Positions 46,124-55,399 of a DNA stretch of 64,000 nucleotides are shown piece after piece. How positions within the stretch are numbered: position 1 is the first letter of the stretch; the number at the start of each line of letters is the position of its first letter. The position numbers were made by a program, and so were the translations under genes. Origin of the DNA: an uncultured Candidatus Saccharibacteria bacterium. GTDB taxonomy: Bacteria > Patescibacteriota > Dojkabacteria > J137. Below the pieces are notes generated by a model that was not told where the DNA came from, made no database searches, and worked only from the letters and a program-made list of their open reading frames with translations. The stretch is from contig OZ246402.1 in NCBI GenBank assembly GCA_965230975.1, positions 444,667 through 508,666 on the forward strand, in the 5' to 3' direction.

Positions 46124-46284
46124 ATTGACTTGCTGCTATCAATATACATTCAGTTGTTAAATAAAATAATTTACCAAATATAATTGACAACACGACTGTC
46201 GTAAATTTTAACATTTGCGAATGCATAAGTCTAGCGGTTTTATCCGCTTTTTAAATATCATTTAGTCTGTCAAGCCTGACAAGA

Positions 46285-46551
46285 TTAAATTTGCCATTTT
46301 ACAATCAAGGTGTAGTTTTTTAGGTAGTTATCTAGTTCGGTGTTTGCACAATAAAATCTAAATGGCAGAGCATTTGTAGGGTATTTTTTTATTGTGTAAT
46401 AATCCAGTTTGATTTGTTGAGTAATATTTTGTGAAATTAAATTTTCAGGTGCTTTTTTAATTATCCAATTTAAATACTGGTTAATATTGCTATATGTTTT
46501 GCCTTTTCTGTAGTCTTTGAGTTGATTTTGGTTTGTATAGTATATGTACAT
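46285..46551 (-). CDS. Hypothetical small protein (doubtful)
   Basis: 88-aa Tyr/Asn-rich ORF in a 580-bp spacer. Confidence 0.25.
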   Translation of the reverse strand: MYIYYTNQNQLKDYRKGKTYSNINQYLNWIIKKAPENLISQNITQQIKLDYYTIKKYPTNALPFRFYCANTELDNYLKNYTLIVKWQI

Positions 46552-46632
46552 TTCGTTTTGTTTAAATATGGTTTGATTTTAAAAAATGAAGAGTTTTTTG
46601 TCTTTGTATTCAAAAACAATGTGTTTTACGCC

Positions 46633-46659
46633 TAAATTTGCGTTATGGCACAATGTGAC
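46633..46659 (+). promoter_or_regulatory. Recurrent motif TAAATTTGCGTTatgGCACAATG upstream of the APH-like gene
   Basis: 21 of 27 nt identical to the site at 47621-47647. ATTTGCG cores are also present at 46214-46220 and 48484-48490. Confidence 0.4.
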
Positions 46660-46702
46660 TTCTTTTTAATTTTGATACAATTCGTAATTAATATTAAAAC
46701 CA

Positions 46703-47623
46703 ATGTGCAATCTTGAATTTCAGATACATTTAATTACGCATTTAGAATCTTTGCTTGGGCAAAGTATTGTTGATAGTTCAACTCCACCTCAAGGTATGGG
46801 TAGTCACGTCTTTTTTGTAAAGACTGAGACTGGTAAGGAGTATGCAGTCAAGTACGGTGTAGATGCTGGTAAAGATGTTCCTGCTTTAAAGCTTATAAAA
46901 GATAAAGATTTAAAAATCCCGGTACCAAACTTAATTGCTTATTTTGAGTTTGATTCTGTGCCAGTTGTTATTCTGGAAAAGATCGATTTCCCATTATTAG
47001 AAAAGGTTCCTGTAGAAAGGTTATCTGAATATATTCCGTCAATGGTTAATTGCTTAAGAAGTTTGCATGAATTGAAGAGTCCAAAGCCTGGGCGAGTTGC
47101 AGAACAGAATTTTAGTATAAGCTGGAAGTCAATGATTAAATCAATTTTTGATGGTTCTCAATTTGATTGGAAAGAAGTTTCAGAAAGGAGTGGAGTAGAT
47201 GGAATCTTAATATTAAAGTCAGTAGAAAATATCTTAGCCAAGATTGAAAGTATTAATTTGCCAGATAATAATTTTTCACTTTTGCATACAGATTTTAATC
47301 AAAGAAATTTATTTGTAGATTTAAGTAGTAATAAAATAACCGGGGTGATTGATTGGGAAGATGCAATGTATGGAGACCCGATTTTTGATTTTGCCAGAGT
47401 TAGAATGTTTATTTGGCATTTTGGTTTATCTGAAAATGTTGTGAAAGATTATTATGATTTAATGGATTACACTTCTGATGAAAGGGCTAGGGAGGATTTT
47501 TATTGGTTGGTTAGGGTTATTCAATATTTAGCATGGTATTCAGAAGATTTAAACGAGTTTTCAATTTCACGAATTAAACTTCATCAAGAGTTTTTAAGAG
47601 ATTATAATTGGGATAACTTTTAA
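46703..47623 (+). CDS. Aminoglycoside-phosphotransferase-fold small-molecule kinase (APH/choline-kinase-like)
   Basis: Catalytic loop LLHTDFNQRNLFVD (HxDxxxxN) and the metal-binding motif VIDWEDAMYGDPIFD. Confidence 0.7.
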   Translation: MCNLEFQIHLITHLESLLGQSIVDSSTPPQGMGSHVFFVKTETGKEYAVKYGVDAGKDVPALKLIKDKDLKIPVPNLIAYFEFDSVPVVILEKIDFPLLEKVPVERLSEYIPSMVNCLRSLHELKSPKPGRVAEQNFSISWKSMIKSIFDGSQFDWKEVSERSGVDGILILKSVENILAKIESINLPDNNFSLLHTDFNQRNLFVDLSSNKITGVIDWEDAMYGDPIFDFARVRMFIWHFGLSENVVKDYYDLMDYTSDERAREDFYWLVRVIQYLAWYSEDLNEFSISRIKLHQEFLRDYNWDNF

Positions 47624-47647
47624 ATTTGCGTTGCGACACAATGCAAG
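47621..47647 (+). promoter_or_regulatory. Second copy of the TAAATTTGCGTTgcgACACAATG motif upstream of the XRE-GAF regulator gene
   Basis: See the site at 46633-46659. Confidence 0.4.
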
Positions 47648-47718
47648 TCCTTGTATTTCTTGCTAATATCTTCAAGTCATATTTGTCAACAACTGTTGGA
47701 ATAAGTTAAAATCCTTAA

Positions 47719-48480
47719 TTGAAAATTTGTATGGATAATTCAAAAACCACATTGGGTCAAAAGATTCGAAAGTATAGGTTGCGATCTGGCAAGAGTCAGC
47801 TTGAGCTGGAACTTGAAACGGGTCTATCTACTGGGACTATTAGTAGAATTGAGAATGATAGTATTAATCCAACTAAAGAGACACTGGGTAAATTAATAGA
47901 GGTTTTGAATCTAAGTGGTATTGAGTCTGCAAACCTATTTGATATTGAGTTACCAGCTGTACCAAGATTAATTTCCCTAACTAATGATATTAATAATGCA
48001 ACAGATTTAAAGAAAATACTTCAAATTTCTGTGGATGAAATCGCTAAAGATTTAAACTTACATGGTGCACTGATAGCTTTAAAAGATGGGGACTTGTTAA
48101 AAGCAATGACTGTTACAAATTCATGGTTTGCTATATTAATGACTAATTTAATAGGTAAATCTGTGAATGAACTGTGTTTAGTTATAAGTAATACTCCTCA
48201 AAATTTGTTTGTTAAAGCAATGGAAACACATAAGTCATATACCAGTAATGATCTTTATGACTTTAGTGCTGGTACATTTCCTAAATCTTTGACTCCCATT
48301 GTGCAAAAAGCTACTAAACACGGTTCTGGTATTGTTTTCCCATTGCTAGACGGCGATGTATCTATCGGTGGTATTATGTTTACAAAAAGTTATTTTGATA
48401 ATTTTGATTATGAATTTGAAATATTAGAGGCATTTGCAGAAGCTGTTTCTAAAGCAATTGTTAAAGTAAGGAGTTTGTGA
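47719..48480 (+). CDS. XRE-family HTH transcriptional regulator with a C-terminal GAF-like sensor domain
   Basis: HTH_XRE (LGQKIRKYRLRSGKSQLELELETGLSTGTISRIEN) plus a ~150-aa GAF-like C-terminus. Confidence 0.75.
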   Translation: MKICMDNSKTTLGQKIRKYRLRSGKSQLELELETGLSTGTISRIENDSINPTKETLGKLIEVLNLSGIESANLFDIELPAVPRLISLTNDINNATDLKKILQISVDEIAKDLNLHGALIALKDGDLLKAMTVTNSWFAILMTNLIGKSVNELCLVISNTPQNLFVKAMETHKSYTSNDLYDFSAGTFPKSLTPIVQKATKHGSGIVFPLLDGDVSIGGIMFTKSYFDNFDYEFEILEAFAEAVSKAIVKVRSL

Positions 48481-48687
48481 GTAATTTGCGAGAAATATAC
48501 ATAAGAATTAGGGCATCAATTGCTAAATCAAAAAATTGCTGAGATACTTATACAAAGATTTGTATAGCTTAAAACTTAATTTATTAGACTTAAGGAATAA
48601 TGGTAATAAAATTTATACTAAACCAATTATAATCTTAAACATAGAATAACTCTTATATATTACTTATTTAATATAACTATTTCTGAT

Positions 48688-49794
48688 TTGAGTTTTGAAA
48701 GTTTAATAAATTTATCAATTGAACTTTCAAAGAAGTACTCAATGCCAATACAAAAAGCCGACTTAGATGCTATGGTAGTTAGTGACTGGAAATTTCTATT
48801 AAAAAGTTTCCCCAGATTCATTACTTTCTATCTAGAAATGAACAAAAATCTTAAAGACTTATCTATAGACAGTAATAGAAATGAATATCTATTTGGATGG
48901 ATGTTTTATGCAACTAAGGCAACATCTTTATTTTCAATTCAATACCATAAAGAATTATTTGAAATAGATGGTGTTAAAGTAAATATAGCGGAGGCAAGTA
49001 GTTATGTTAAATCGATAAGTTTAATATTAGATATTTTAGTAGATGATATTGGTGATAAGTATCAGGGAATTAATTCAATCCTAATTTTAGATTGCATAAA
49101 AAATATAATAAAACAGCAATCTCAAAAAAACATTCAAGTTTTAAATGCTAAAGAAGTGTCATATATTAATTTTTTTGAGAAAGTTTATAATTATTTACTA
49201 AGTTTAATTAGTTTCAATAACGACAAAGACTTGATTTTGATACTTACTCAATCTTATCTAGATTTAATCGATGCTTGCAAATTAAGTCATCAAATAAATT
49301 ATTCGATCAATAACAACGATTACGCTCAAGCCAAGAAATATTCAGATAGAGCATTTAAAACAAAATCTTTAGATAATAAAATGCATGTAAAAATAAATAC
49401 TGTAATAGATTTATTTTTTGTAAAGAAAACTTTTACCCTAGATAAAGATATTTCCAGATTTTCGAAAGTTGCATTTTATCTTCAGAGGGTTTCAAGACTA
49501 TCAAATGATTTAAGCACTTGGGAAAGAGAAGTCTGGTCAAATGATTTTACAAGTACAATAGCAAGATTATTAATTTTCAAATATGGAGTTAGAAATTTTT
49601 CTCAAGAGATTGATGAAAAATTGTACTTGAAAGTTAAAGAGGATTTTTCTAAAACATACAAAACTAACCTTAAAAATTTGATAAACTTAAAAAGTACTTT
49701 TTATAAAGAATATCCTTGGTTTAATTTTGATGAGTTAATTGAACGTTATATAGCAGGCTTAGTCTTACATATCCAAGCAATAGGTAAAATATAG
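48688..49794 (+). CDS. Class I terpene synthase-like protein (terpenoid cyclase fold) - candidate
   Basis: DDxxD at 119-123 (LVDDIGD). NSE/DTE triad at 273-281 (NDLSTWERE, fits (N/D)Dxx(S/T)xxxE). RY pair at 353-354 (ERYIAG). Spacings of 154 aa and 80 aa match those in bacterial sesquiterpene and diterpene synthases. Size of 368 aa. Polyprenyl diphosphate synthase lies 2.5 kb upstream. Confidence 0.6.
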   Translation: MSFESLINLSIELSKKYSMPIQKADLDAMVVSDWKFLLKSFPRFITFYLEMNKNLKDLSIDSNRNEYLFGWMFYATKATSLFSIQYHKELFEIDGVKVNIAEASSYVKSISLILDILVDDIGDKYQGINSILILDCIKNIIKQQSQKNIQVLNAKEVSYINFFEKVYNYLLSLISFNNDKDLILILTQSYLDLIDACKLSHQINYSINNNDYAQAKKYSDRAFKTKSLDNKMHVKINTVIDLFFVKKTFTLDKDISRFSKVAFYLQRVSRLSNDLSTWEREVWSNDFTSTIARLLIFKYGVRNFSQEIDEKLYLKVKEDFSKTYKTNLKNLINLKSTFYKEYPWFNFDELIERYIAGLVLHIQAIGKI

Positions 49795-49796
49795 AT

Positions 49797-51863
49797 ATGT
49801 TTATACAAAATATAATTCAAAAAATAATGTATCCGAATTCTCACACGGATTACTTCAAGGTAAGAGCCACTAATCCCTCCGGTTACCAAACCTCTCGAGA
49901 GAAAAGATATCAAACAATACAAAATATTACCAAGCTGTTAGTTGCAACTTTAGAGTTTGAAGTTATATCGCAAAGAGTTGTGGACATTATGGTTGAGCAG
50001 ATGGATTACTTGGGAGGTATATTATTCATCCCAGATAAGAATACTCAAAAACTTATTCCATGGACTACATCTGATTCGCCTGTAGTTAATCAAATATTGA
50101 AGATTCTCCCCAAAAAATTAAGAGAATATAATCAAAGCTATGAAGATGTGAGTACCAATAATCTAGTAGCTAAGACCTTCATAGAGAAAAAAGTATATCA
50201 GTCAAGTTATTATCCTGAGTTTATTTCCCCAGCAGTGCCTGAGTCTCAAGCTAAACTTATACAAAAACTTACAGGTACTAAGGAAAGTATTTCCTATCCT
50301 ATTATTTATAAAGATACAGTTTTGGGGGTGGCTCTATTTGTATCGAATAAGGAAACTTTATCGGAAGAAGAGAAGGAAATGTTGCAGACATTTACAGAGT
50401 TAGTAGGAGTCACTTTAAACACTGCAAAGCTATTTGAAGAGATTAATAATCAAATCTTTCAGTTAACAAAAAAAAACGAAGACTTATCTTCTTTATACAA
50501 CCTGACTGCTAATGTATCTCGTTCTTTGGACCCTTTTAAAGTAGCTCAAGCTGCAGTTAATTCCATTCCTCAAGATAAGATGCTGGTTGGGTCAGTGCTA
50601 ACCAGATATTACCCGGACAAAAACTACGTAGCACCATTAGTAACAAGTGAAAACCAACTATCTTACGCAGTAAGAAAATTAATTGGTGACTTTACACAAT
50701 ACGGACTAAAACTAGATGACCCAGAAGCACAAGTAAACCTGGTTGTAAGAGTCGTAAAAACAGAAACACCAATGTTTACAAACAACATATCTGAATTCTT
50801 TGTACCCGCACTAGGATCTCAATTCTTAGACCCAATAGCAAAAATCATAAACATAAAATGCGTAGCAACATACCCATTAATAATACGTGGAAGAACAATC
50901 GGAGCACTATCATTCATGATAAAAGAAAAAAACGCAGAAGAGATAGATGCAAACGAAAAACAATTACTACAAACATACACAAACCAAATCGCAATCGCAT
51001 TAGAAAATGCTAATCTATTTGCACAATCACAAGAAATACAAGCCAAACTAGAAAAAACACTAAAAGAACTAGAGGCAGCAAGAAAACACGAAAGAGACAT
51101 GATAGACATAATGGGTCACGAACTAAGAACCCCAATGTCTATAGTCAGAAACGCACTAATAATGATGGATACACAAATCAAAGCTAACCCTGCAGACCTA
51201 ATGGACAAAATAAAAAGATATGTGGATATAGGGGTAGAATCTGCTAGACGAGAAGTATCTTTAATAGAAACATTATTATCTGCAACAAAAACAGATGGTA
51301 AAGGATTTCAACTATTACTTGAAAAAGTAGATTTAAACGACATAATAAACAACTCCCTAATAGCATTTAAAAGAGAGGCAGAAAGAAAAGGTTTGACACT
51401 AACATTCGAACCACCGCAAACACCAGTGCTTGTTTATGCAGATAAAACTAGAATTCAGGAAATAGCAGACAACTTTATTAATAACGCAATTAAATACACC
51501 ATGAGGGGTAACATAAATATAAAAGTTTGGGACCAAGAAGGATATGGTTATGTATCAGTTAAAGATAGCGGAATTGGAATATCTGAAGAGGATCTAAAAA
51601 AATTAGGACAAAAATTCTTTAGAGCAAGACAATATATAGATGATGTAGATCCAAATACTTTATCACCAGAAAAACTAGAAGTTGTAAGACCAGGTGGAAC
51701 CGGATTGGGATTATTCGTGACATTTAACTTAATAAAAATAATGGATGGAAAGTTAGATGTTCAAAGTAAAGTTAAAGAAGGTAGTACTTTCACTTTTGCA
51801 ATGCCAATATTTTCTGGTCAGCAAACTAAGCAAATTGAACGAAAAGTTGAACCATCAGAGTAG
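49797..51863 (+). CDS. Cytoplasmic sensor histidine kinase with tandem GAF domains
   Basis: Two GAF-like regions, a coiled coil, the H-box MGHELRTPM, HATPase N, G1 (VKDSGIGI) and G2 (GGTGLGL). Start codon 3 nt after the upstream stop. Confidence 0.85.
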   Translation: MFIQNIIQKIMYPNSHTDYFKVRATNPSGYQTSREKRYQTIQNITKLLVATLEFEVISQRVVDIMVEQMDYLGGILFIPDKNTQKLIPWTTSDSPVVNQILKILPKKLREYNQSYEDVSTNNLVAKTFIEKKVYQSSYYPEFISPAVPESQAKLIQKLTGTKESISYPIIYKDTVLGVALFVSNKETLSEEEKEMLQTFTELVGVTLNTAKLFEEINNQIFQLTKKNEDLSSLYNLTANVSRSLDPFKVAQAAVNSIPQDKMLVGSVLTRYYPDKNYVAPLVTSENQLSYAVRKLIGDFTQYGLKLDDPEAQVNLVVRVVKTETPMFTNNISEFFVPALGSQFLDPIAKIINIKCVATYPLIIRGRTIGALSFMIKEKNAEEIDANEKQLLQTYTNQIAIALENANLFAQSQEIQAKLEKTLKELEAARKHERDMIDIMGHELRTPMSIVRNALIMMDTQIKANPADLMDKIKRYVDIGVESARREVSLIETLLSATKTDGKGFQLLLEKVDLNDIINNSLIAFKREAERKGLTLTFEPPQTPVLVYADKTRIQEIADNFINNAIKYTMRGNINIKVWDQEGYGYVSVKDSGIGISEEDLKKLGQKFFRARQYIDDVDPNTLSPEKLEVVRPGGTGLGLFVTFNLIKIMDGKLDVQSKVKEGSTFTFAMPIFSGQQTKQIERKVEPSE

Positions 51864-52158
51864 TATAAATGTTGCCCGCCAAGGTTTTGAATTTAACTCA
51901 TGACTAATTGGTATATATCAATTCTACCGGCACCATATAAATCTCTATTTATAATTCCGTTGTTAATTTTACCTGAAATTGATATGATCTATGTAGATCT
52001 TTTTAAACAGTTTCAGTAAGTCATTACAAAGTCAGATAATGGTTTTGTAGTGTGTACGCGAACCGATCCGAGATTGTTTAAAAAAACTCAAGGGCCCTGA
52101 GCTAAGATCTAAAAGGTAAGTTTAAATGTACTTTCTTTTTAAAAGAACTCTTCTTTGC

Positions 52159-52179
52159 AAGCTCAAAAGAGCTTTTTTT
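52159..52179 (+). terminator. Terminator-like hairpin AAGCTC-AAAA-GAGCTT followed by a T-tract, in the middle of a 510-bp spacer
   Basis: 6-bp stem plus TTTTTTT, 295 bp downstream of the histidine kinase stop. Confidence 0.4.
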
Positions 52180-52376
52180 ATACTAAAATTATGCTATCAT
52201 TTACCCGTGATTAAACACTTCATTTTCACAAATTCAGATAATGATTCTGCGCAAGCAGAATAAAACCCATACCCCACAACTTAATTGCGCTAGAAACTAA
52301 TAAAAAGTGATATTTTTTATCTAAAATTAAGTATAATCAACATATTCACTATAAAAACACTTATTATTTAAAACTT

Positions 52377-53687
52377 ATGGAACGTACACTAATAAAACAA
52401 ACACCAGAAATGGTAGGTACAACAGTAAAACTACAAGGTTGGGCAGAAACAGTTAGAGACATGGGAAAGCTTACATTTATAGACCTAAGAGATAGAACCG
52501 GCAAAATACAGATAGTTGGCTATCAATTAATGAAAGATGTAACAACAGAATCTGTAATTGAGATTGTAGGAGAAGTAAAAAAAAGACCAGAGAAAATGAT
52601 AAACCCAGACATGATTACCGGAACAGTAGAAATTGACGTAAAAGAATACAAAATCTTAAGTAAATCAGAACCTTTGCCAATACCAGTAATTATAGAACAA
52701 GGCACAAACGAAACAGAATCTGAAAAAAGAATGGACTACAGATGGATAGACTTAAGAAAAGAAAAGAACAACTTAATCTTTAAAGTTTGGACAACATTTG
52801 AAAACGCTGCAAGAGAATACTTTATTCAAAACGAGTACATGCAAATGCACTCTCCAAAATTAATTGGAGCCCCGAGCGAAAGCGGAGCAGAAGTATTTGA
52901 AGTTAAATACTTTGAAGGTAAAGCTTATTTAGCTCAATCTCCACAGTTTTACAAACAAATGGCAATGGCGGCAGGTTACGAGAAAGTATTTGAATTTGGT
53001 CCAGTTTTTAGAGCGGAAAACTCTTACACAATAAGACATGCAACGGAGTTCACAGGAATGGACCTAGAGATCTCTTACATTGAATCATATAAAGATGTAA
53101 TGGCAGAAGAAGAAAAATTAATTGCACACATTATTACAAGAATAAAAGAAAAACATGGGGAAGAAATAAAAAAGATTTTGGGAGTAGAAATTGTAGTTCC
53201 AACAATCCCCTTCCCTAAAATGACAATTGCAGAAGCAAAAGTTATTTTGGGCAAATTAGGATTACCAAGTGAAAAAGAAGGAGACTTGTCATCGGAAGAA
53301 GAAAAAGCTTTAGGTAAATATGCATTAGAGGAACTTGGTCACGAATTTATATTTTTAACAGAATATCCACAAGAGTTTAGAGCGTTTTACCACATGAGAT
53401 CTGAAGATGGTAAGTTTTCACAAAGTGCAGACTTGATTCATAAAGGCTTAGAAATTACTACATTGGCTCAAAGGGAACATAGATATGAAGTTTTAAAAGC
53501 ACAGGCATTAGAAAGGGGAATTTCACAAGAATCAATTCAATTCTACTTAGATTTCTTTAGATATGGTTGTCCTCCACATGGTGGATTAGGTTTTGGCCCT
53601 GCCAGATTTATTATGAAGTTGTTAGATCAACCAAGTATTAGAGAAACAACATATTTGTTTAGAAACCCTAAGAGATTAAATCCGTAA
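52377..53687 (+). CDS. aspS: Aspartyl-tRNA synthetase, archaeal/eukaryal type (class IIb, no GAD insertion)
   Basis: N-terminal OB fold. Motif 2 (FRAENSYTIRHATEF) and motif 3 (GGLGFGPARF) present. C-terminal ...NPKRLNP. 436 aa. Confidence 0.85.
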   Translation: MERTLIKQTPEMVGTTVKLQGWAETVRDMGKLTFIDLRDRTGKIQIVGYQLMKDVTTESVIEIVGEVKKRPEKMINPDMITGTVEIDVKEYKILSKSEPLPIPVIIEQGTNETESEKRMDYRWIDLRKEKNNLIFKVWTTFENAAREYFIQNEYMQMHSPKLIGAPSESGAEVFEVKYFEGKAYLAQSPQFYKQMAMAAGYEKVFEFGPVFRAENSYTIRHATEFTGMDLEISYIESYKDVMAEEEKLIAHIITRIKEKHGEEIKKILGVEIVVPTIPFPKMTIAEAKVILGKLGLPSEKEGDLSSEEEKALGKYALEELGHEFIFLTEYPQEFRAFYHMRSEDGKFSQSADLIHKGLEITTLAQREHRYEVLKAQALERGISQESIQFYLDFFRYGCPPHGGLGFGPARFIMKLLDQPSIRETTYLFRNPKRLNP

Positions 53688-53724
53688 CTCATTACGCCCT
53701 AAGAAATTAGGGCGTTTTAATAAT

Positions 53725-54660
53725 ATGAAATCTATTAAAGTCTTTTACCCAGTTGGGATAGAAAATATTTGGCATCATAATGCTGATAATACAAACAGGT
53801 ATAGATTAGATGGTATTGAAAAATTAGTTAGATTAAAAAGTCGAATAGATAAAGACCGGAAATTTAAATTAATAAATGTCTCGAATGTAGATATTGAAAC
53901 ATTAAAAAGTATTCATAGTATAGACTACATTGAGTCTTTAAAGACCGGTTCTCCTTTAAACCTTGCACAAACATCTGGTTTGATTTGGCAAGAATCACTA
54001 GCACAAGCATTTGCTAATTGTGCAAAATCTGTAACTCTGGCTTGTAAAGATGCTCTATTAAATAGAGCTTCTGTAGCCTTATCAAGCGGAGGTCATCATG
54101 CAATTAAATCGAGAGGATACGGTTTGAATCCAATTAGTGAAGTCGCTATTGCTATCGAGAATCTTCATAAAGAAAATCCAGACCTTAAAATAGTGGTTCT
54201 AGATTTAGATATTCATGCAGGGAACGGTTTTCAAAACTTATTACAGAACAAGAAAAATATCATAGTATATGATCTTTGGAGTAAAAGCATTTCTGAATGG
54301 GATATCCCTTTATATGCAACAAATATAAAATCATATAAAGTAGACACACTTGATGAGTATAAAATTTGTCTTGAGAATACTTTAAATGAGATTAAAGATT
54401 TGAACCCCGATTTGGTTATATATCACAGCGGAGCAGATGTAGTACAGACGGATAGATTAGGTGGAATTAGCGGGTTTACTAAAGATGATTTTGAGCAAAG
54501 GGAATTAAAAGTGATTTCAACGATTCTACATTTAGAAATACCAATAGCTGTAGTATTGGGTGGTGGTTATGTTAAGTATACAGATGCTAATCAGGTTGAA
54601 TCTTTAAGGGAAAAGTTAGTAGATTTGCATTACTATACTTTTAAGTTATTAACTGAATGA
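53725..54660 (+). CDS. Histone-deacetylase-family (arginase/deacetylase fold) amidohydrolase
   Basis: GGHHA motif (SSGGHHAIKS) and metal-binding DLDIHAGNG (variant of DxDxHHGDG). Confidence 0.7.
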   Translation: MKSIKVFYPVGIENIWHHNADNTNRYRLDGIEKLVRLKSRIDKDRKFKLINVSNVDIETLKSIHSIDYIESLKTGSPLNLAQTSGLIWQESLAQAFANCAKSVTLACKDALLNRASVALSSGGHHAIKSRGYGLNPISEVAIAIENLHKENPDLKIVVLDLDIHAGNGFQNLLQNKKNIIVYDLWSKSISEWDIPLYATNIKSYKVDTLDEYKICLENTLNEIKDLNPDLVIYHSGADVVQTDRLGGISGFTKDDFEQRELKVISTILHLEIPIAVVLGGGYVKYTDANQVESLREKLVDLHYYTFKLLTE

Positions 54661-55133
54661 GCCAATTAATCGTAGATAAAATTGTTAATTTGTTAGATTC
54701 ATTTGGGGTTCCCTACGAACTTCAGGATCACGAACCAACGCCTACAAGTGAAGATTCTGCTAAAGTTCGTGGCACGCCTATGGAGCAAGGTAGAAAGGCT
54801 ATGATCTTAAAAGGTAGAAAATCTGGCAAACGTATAATGATTGTTATTCAATCTAGTGAAAGAATTGATATGAAGAAGGTTAAGGCGTATTTTCAAGAAG
54901 ACTTTGAATTTGAAAAACCTGAAATAATATTACAAGATTTTGGGATAGAAATTGGCGGAATACCACCATTAGGAAATGTTTTAGGATTAGAAACATATTT
55001 TGACAAGCAAAATTTAAAGGAAAAAACAGCAGCTTTTAATTGCGGTCTTAAGACAAAATCGATTATCATGTCTGTAGAGGATTTAATTAAAGTTGTTAAA
55101 CCAACTATTGTAGATTTTAAAAAAGATTTATGA
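54657..55133 (+). CDS. YbaK/ProX-type aminoacyl-tRNA trans-editing deacylase
   Basis: About 160 aa with the YbaK-like core (KAMILKG...GGIPPLG). 4-bp overlap with the upstream gene. Confidence 0.6.
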   Translation: MSQLIVDKIVNLLDSFGVPYELQDHEPTPTSEDSAKVRGTPMEQGRKAMILKGRKSGKRIMIVIQSSERIDMKKVKAYFQEDFEFEKPEIILQDFGIEIGGIPPLGNVLGLETYFDKQNLKEKTAAFNCGLKTKSIIMSVEDLIKVVKPTIVDFKKDL

Positions 55134-55399
55134 CAGAAGAACACCAAGCAGCTAATAAATTTGCTTATGTAGATGCAAAATCTAGAAGAAGGATATTTGT
55201 AGATAACTTAGTTGGTGGAATTGCGTGGGGTGTAGGTAGTATTATTGGCGCAACTATTATTATCGGAGCTTTCGGGTTATTAGTAAGTAGATCTAGATAT
55301 ATTCCTTTGGTTGGTGATGTTGTTCAAGTAATTTTAGAAGAGATTCAACAAGGTAGAAACATAGACCTGTTTATTGAGGGAGAGACTACAAATAATTAG
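55130..55399 (+). CDS. Small hypothetical membrane protein
   Basis: 89 aa with one or two TM. Confidence 0.35.
   Translation: MTEEHQAANKFAYVDAKSRRRIFVDNLVGGIAWGVGSIIGATIIIGAFGLLVSRSRYIPLVGDVVQVILEEIQQGRNIDLFIEGETTNN

Noticed and set aside
46241-46260. Small hairpin AGCGG-tttta-TCCGCT plus TTTTT
   Set aside because: 4-5-bp stem only, in the upstream (not downstream) region of the polyprenyl synthase gene. Too weak to call a terminator.
52200-52376. T-box leader upstream of aspS
   Set aside because: The conserved T-box sequence (AATTAGGGTGGTACCGCG-like) is absent. Only generic hairpins are present.
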